Part shown: positions 61,728-64,000 of the stretch, piece after piece | Numbering within the stretch: the first letter of the stretch is position 1 | Layout of the letters: each line of letters starts with the position of its first letter | From: an uncultured delta proteobacterium | Lineage (GTDB): Bacteria; Myxococcota_A; Polyangia; Polyangiales; Polyangiaceae | DNA: 64,000 nucleotides | Direction: 5' to 3' | NCBI GenBank assembly: GCA_963841435.1 | Contig: CAWJCS010000004.1 | Location: 672,001-736,000, forward strand | The notes under the pieces: model-generated | Told to the model about the DNA's origin: nothing | Seen by the model: only the letters and a program-made list of their open reading frames with translations | The model's database searches: none | Translations under genes and position numbers: made by a program

Positions 61728-62156
61728 CTACCTTCGCGGACCTTTCACGTGAACCTGCAGGCTTGGCGCTTCGGTGCGCGTCGCGTGCAGACCGATCATG
61801 AAGCTGCCGGGGACGCGGGGCTTTTGGTCGAAGGTCTTGCCGTCGAGGCTCACGCGGATGCCTCCTTCGCCGAAGCGCACGAAGCAGTGCTGGCGTGCGA
61901 CGAGCGTGAGCTCCGCGTCCTTTCGCTCGAGAACGAAGTCCTCCCCGTCGAACTGGAGGTCGACGGGCAGTCGATCGCCGGCCTGAAACTCGACCACGAG
62001 CGCGCGGTCGCCCTGGTAGGCGGAAAGGCCGCCGTGGCCGACGTCCGCATAGCGGACCACGTAGGGTGGTGGGCTCGCGGCACAGCCGAGGGCGCAGCAA
62101 GCGGCGCCGACGAGCAGGCCGGCGCGGCTCTGGAATCCGCGCACGAATTCGATCAT
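61728..62156 (-). CDS. hypothetical lipoprotein
   Basis: Lipobox ALGC; GAGG upstream of ATG 62156. Confidence 0.6.
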   Translation of the reverse strand: MIEFVRGFQSRAGLLVGAACCALGCAASPPPYVVRYADVGHGGLSAYQGDRALVVEFQAGDRLPVDLQFDGEDFVLERKDAELTLVARQHCFVRFGEGGIRVSLDGKTFDQKPRVPGSFMIGLHATRTEAPSLQVHVKGPRR

Positions 62157-62284
62157 CGCTTTTTCCTCACGTTGGGGCGTCGGGGTCACGAGGACGAGTT
62201 GCCCCAGAATACCCGCGGAGTGAAGCGCCGTCTGCGCGGCGCGCGTGGAGGTTCGTCAACTTGCCGCACGAAGCGGGCCCGTGT

Positions 62285-63502
62285 ATGGCCGGGAGAAGGA
62301 CTTCCATCGCAAGCGACGTCATCATCGTTGGAGCGGGTCCCGGTGGTTCGAACGCCGCTCGCATCGCCCTCGATGGCGGTCTGTCCGTCGTTCAGATCGA
62401 CGCGCAGCGGTTTCCGCGCGTCAAGCCTTGCGCCGGCGGAGTGACACGCAAGGCCGAACGCGCGCTGGCGCTCGATCTGATGCCTTCCGTTCGCGCCAAG
62501 TCGAACACCATCGAGTTCAACGTCTGGAAGAAGCGCACGAACCGCTTCACCGATCAGGACACGCTGGTCTCGTTCGTGTGCCGCTCGGAGTTCGACAACG
62601 ACCTCGTGCGCCAGAACCGGGAGCGGGGTCGCTTCGAATTTTTCGACGGCGAGCGCGTCGAGCGCATCGCGTACGACGGTGTCTTTCGCGTCGAAACGTC
62701 GAAGCGCGTGCTCACGGGCAAGCAGCTCGTGGGTGCGGACGGCGCGTACAGCGTCGTCAACCGCAGGTTTGGCATCGCGCGCCCGCGCGCGCTCGCCACG
62801 GCGCTCGAGGTCAACATAGACCGCGGCCGGCTCACGGCGTGGGACGAGTCCGTGCCGTGCGTCAACTATGGCGCGGTCCCGCAGGGCTACGGCTGGATTT
62901 TCCCCAAGGACGACCACCTCTCGATCGGCCTTTACACGCTCGCGCCCAAGACGGACCGGCTGCGCGAGCGCCTCGTCGAGTACCTGGCGTCGAAAGGCGC
63001 GCTACCGAGCGGCAGGCCGCTCGACGGTCTCGAGGCGCACCGCATCCCCGTGGGCGGCTACCAGCTGAAGACCCCGCTTGCGCCCGTGTACTTGGTGGGC
63101 GACGCCGCGGGGCTTGCCGACGCGCTGACGGGTGAAGGTATCTACTACGCGCTCGAGAGCGGGCGCCTCGCGGGAGAGACGCTCTGCGCGGTCGCCGCGG
63201 GGCATGCTTCGCATCGAGCGTACTACTCGCGTCTCTGGCGCACGGTTCTCGCCGACACCGCACTCACGTACGCGCTCGCGATCCCCTTCACCAAGAACCC
63301 CGACTCGGCAATGCGGCTGCTCGAAATTCCGCTCGTCTGGCGGCCGCTCACCTACGGCTACTCGCGCGGGGCCACGTTCACGGGTTGCGTGCTCAGGGGG
63401 GCCGCCTATTTCGCGGCGTCGCTCGCGCGCACGACCCGGGAGCACGCGAGCTGGCGGGAAGCCGTACCCGTACCCTGCGAGGATCCAGACGTTGGAGACT
63501 GA
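62285..63502 (+). CDS. geranylgeranyl reductase family FAD oxidoreductase
   Basis: DVIIVGAGPGG, FPR.KPCAGG, R.EFD..L, GADG, GYGWIFPK, LVGDAAG..D..TGEGIYYA..SG. Confidence 0.9.
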   Translation: MAGRRTSIASDVIIVGAGPGGSNAARIALDGGLSVVQIDAQRFPRVKPCAGGVTRKAERALALDLMPSVRAKSNTIEFNVWKKRTNRFTDQDTLVSFVCRSEFDNDLVRQNRERGRFEFFDGERVERIAYDGVFRVETSKRVLTGKQLVGADGAYSVVNRRFGIARPRALATALEVNIDRGRLTAWDESVPCVNYGAVPQGYGWIFPKDDHLSIGLYTLAPKTDRLRERLVEYLASKGALPSGRPLDGLEAHRIPVGGYQLKTPLAPVYLVGDAAGLADALTGEGIYYALESGRLAGETLCAVAAGHASHRAYYSRLWRTVLADTALTYALAIPFTKNPDSAMRLLEIPLVWRPLTYGYSRGATFTGCVLRGAAYFAASLARTTREHASWREAVPVPCEDPDVGD

Positions 63503-64000
63503 CCTCCCGAGCCCGCGCCGCGTGATGGTTGCGACCGATCGCTCGGAGACGGCCGAGCGCGCGGTGCTCTGGGCCGCGAGCTTCGCCGAGCGTTCCGGCG
63601 CGGAGCTGCACGTGATCCAGGTGCTCGTCGTCGCGAGCACGAGCGCGCCGCCTTCCGACATCGACGAGCTCGTGAAGAGCGCGACCGAGGACATCGAGCG
63701 GCACGCTCGCGTGCTCGCCGGCCCGCGAGGCCACGGGCGGGTCATCCTCGCCGAGGACCCGGCGATCGCCATCGTGCGCGCCTCTGCGGAAGACGCCGTC
63801 AACGTGCTCGTGGTCGGCAACGCGGGCATGACGGACCGCAAGGAGTTCCTGCTCGGCAATGTTCCGAACCGCATCAGTCACAACGCGCGCTGCACGGTGG
63901 TGATCGTCAACACGCTCGGCATCGAAGGCATGGGCGTCTTCACGATCCCACCCGCCGAGCGAGCCTCCAGCGTGCCCGCGTCGCAAGCTGGCCGTCTGTC
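63492..64000 (+). CDS. universal stress protein domain protein (3' end outside window)
   Basis: RVMVATDRSETA..A...A...A....AELHVI, DPA.AI, LVVGN.GM......LG.V..RI...A.C.V.IV; frame stays open to the edge; start 63492 (TTG) or 63525. Confidence 0.85.
   Translation, partial: METDLPSPRRVMVATDRSETAERAVLWAASFAERSGAELHVIQVLVVASTSAPPSDIDELVKSATEDIERHARVLAGPRGHGRVILAEDPAIAIVRASAEDAVNVLVVGNAGMTDRKEFLLGNVPNRISHNARCTVVIVNTLGIEGMGVFTIPPAERASSVPASQAGRL

Overview
High-GC (about 70% by eye) bacterial DNA. MYXO-CTERM-like tails, many Gly-rich lipoproteins and the gene content point to Myxococcota, probably Polyangiales (inference). The housekeeping backbone includes gltB/gltD, gnd, map, rpsP-khpA-rimM-trmD, rpmB, xerD, ileS and bcp. 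Two regions stand out. (1) An ~11.3 kb accessory segment (33438-44711) lies between two 223-bp direct repeats of rpmB that differ at 3 positions; one copy is 5'-truncated and the other belongs to the intact gene. It carries a type III PKS / ICMT-family methyltransferase / FAD oxidoreductase / UbiA-family prenyltransferase operon, stress-type genes, gene remnants and four sigma-54-like promoters. (2) A three-gene unit at 56937-59922 encodes a domain-less Gly-rich lipoprotein with nine V-x-x-x-[G/A]-F-[G/A] motifs, a ferritin-like diiron protein and an AMMECR1-domain fusion. This looks like an uncharacterised RiPP-like or protein-modification system. Five conserved genes carry apparent +1 frameshifts and several conserved Asp codons read AAC, so sequencing or assembly errors are likely. 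I saw no rRNA, tRNA, CRISPR array or transposase. All family calls come from motif recognition by eye, not database searches.
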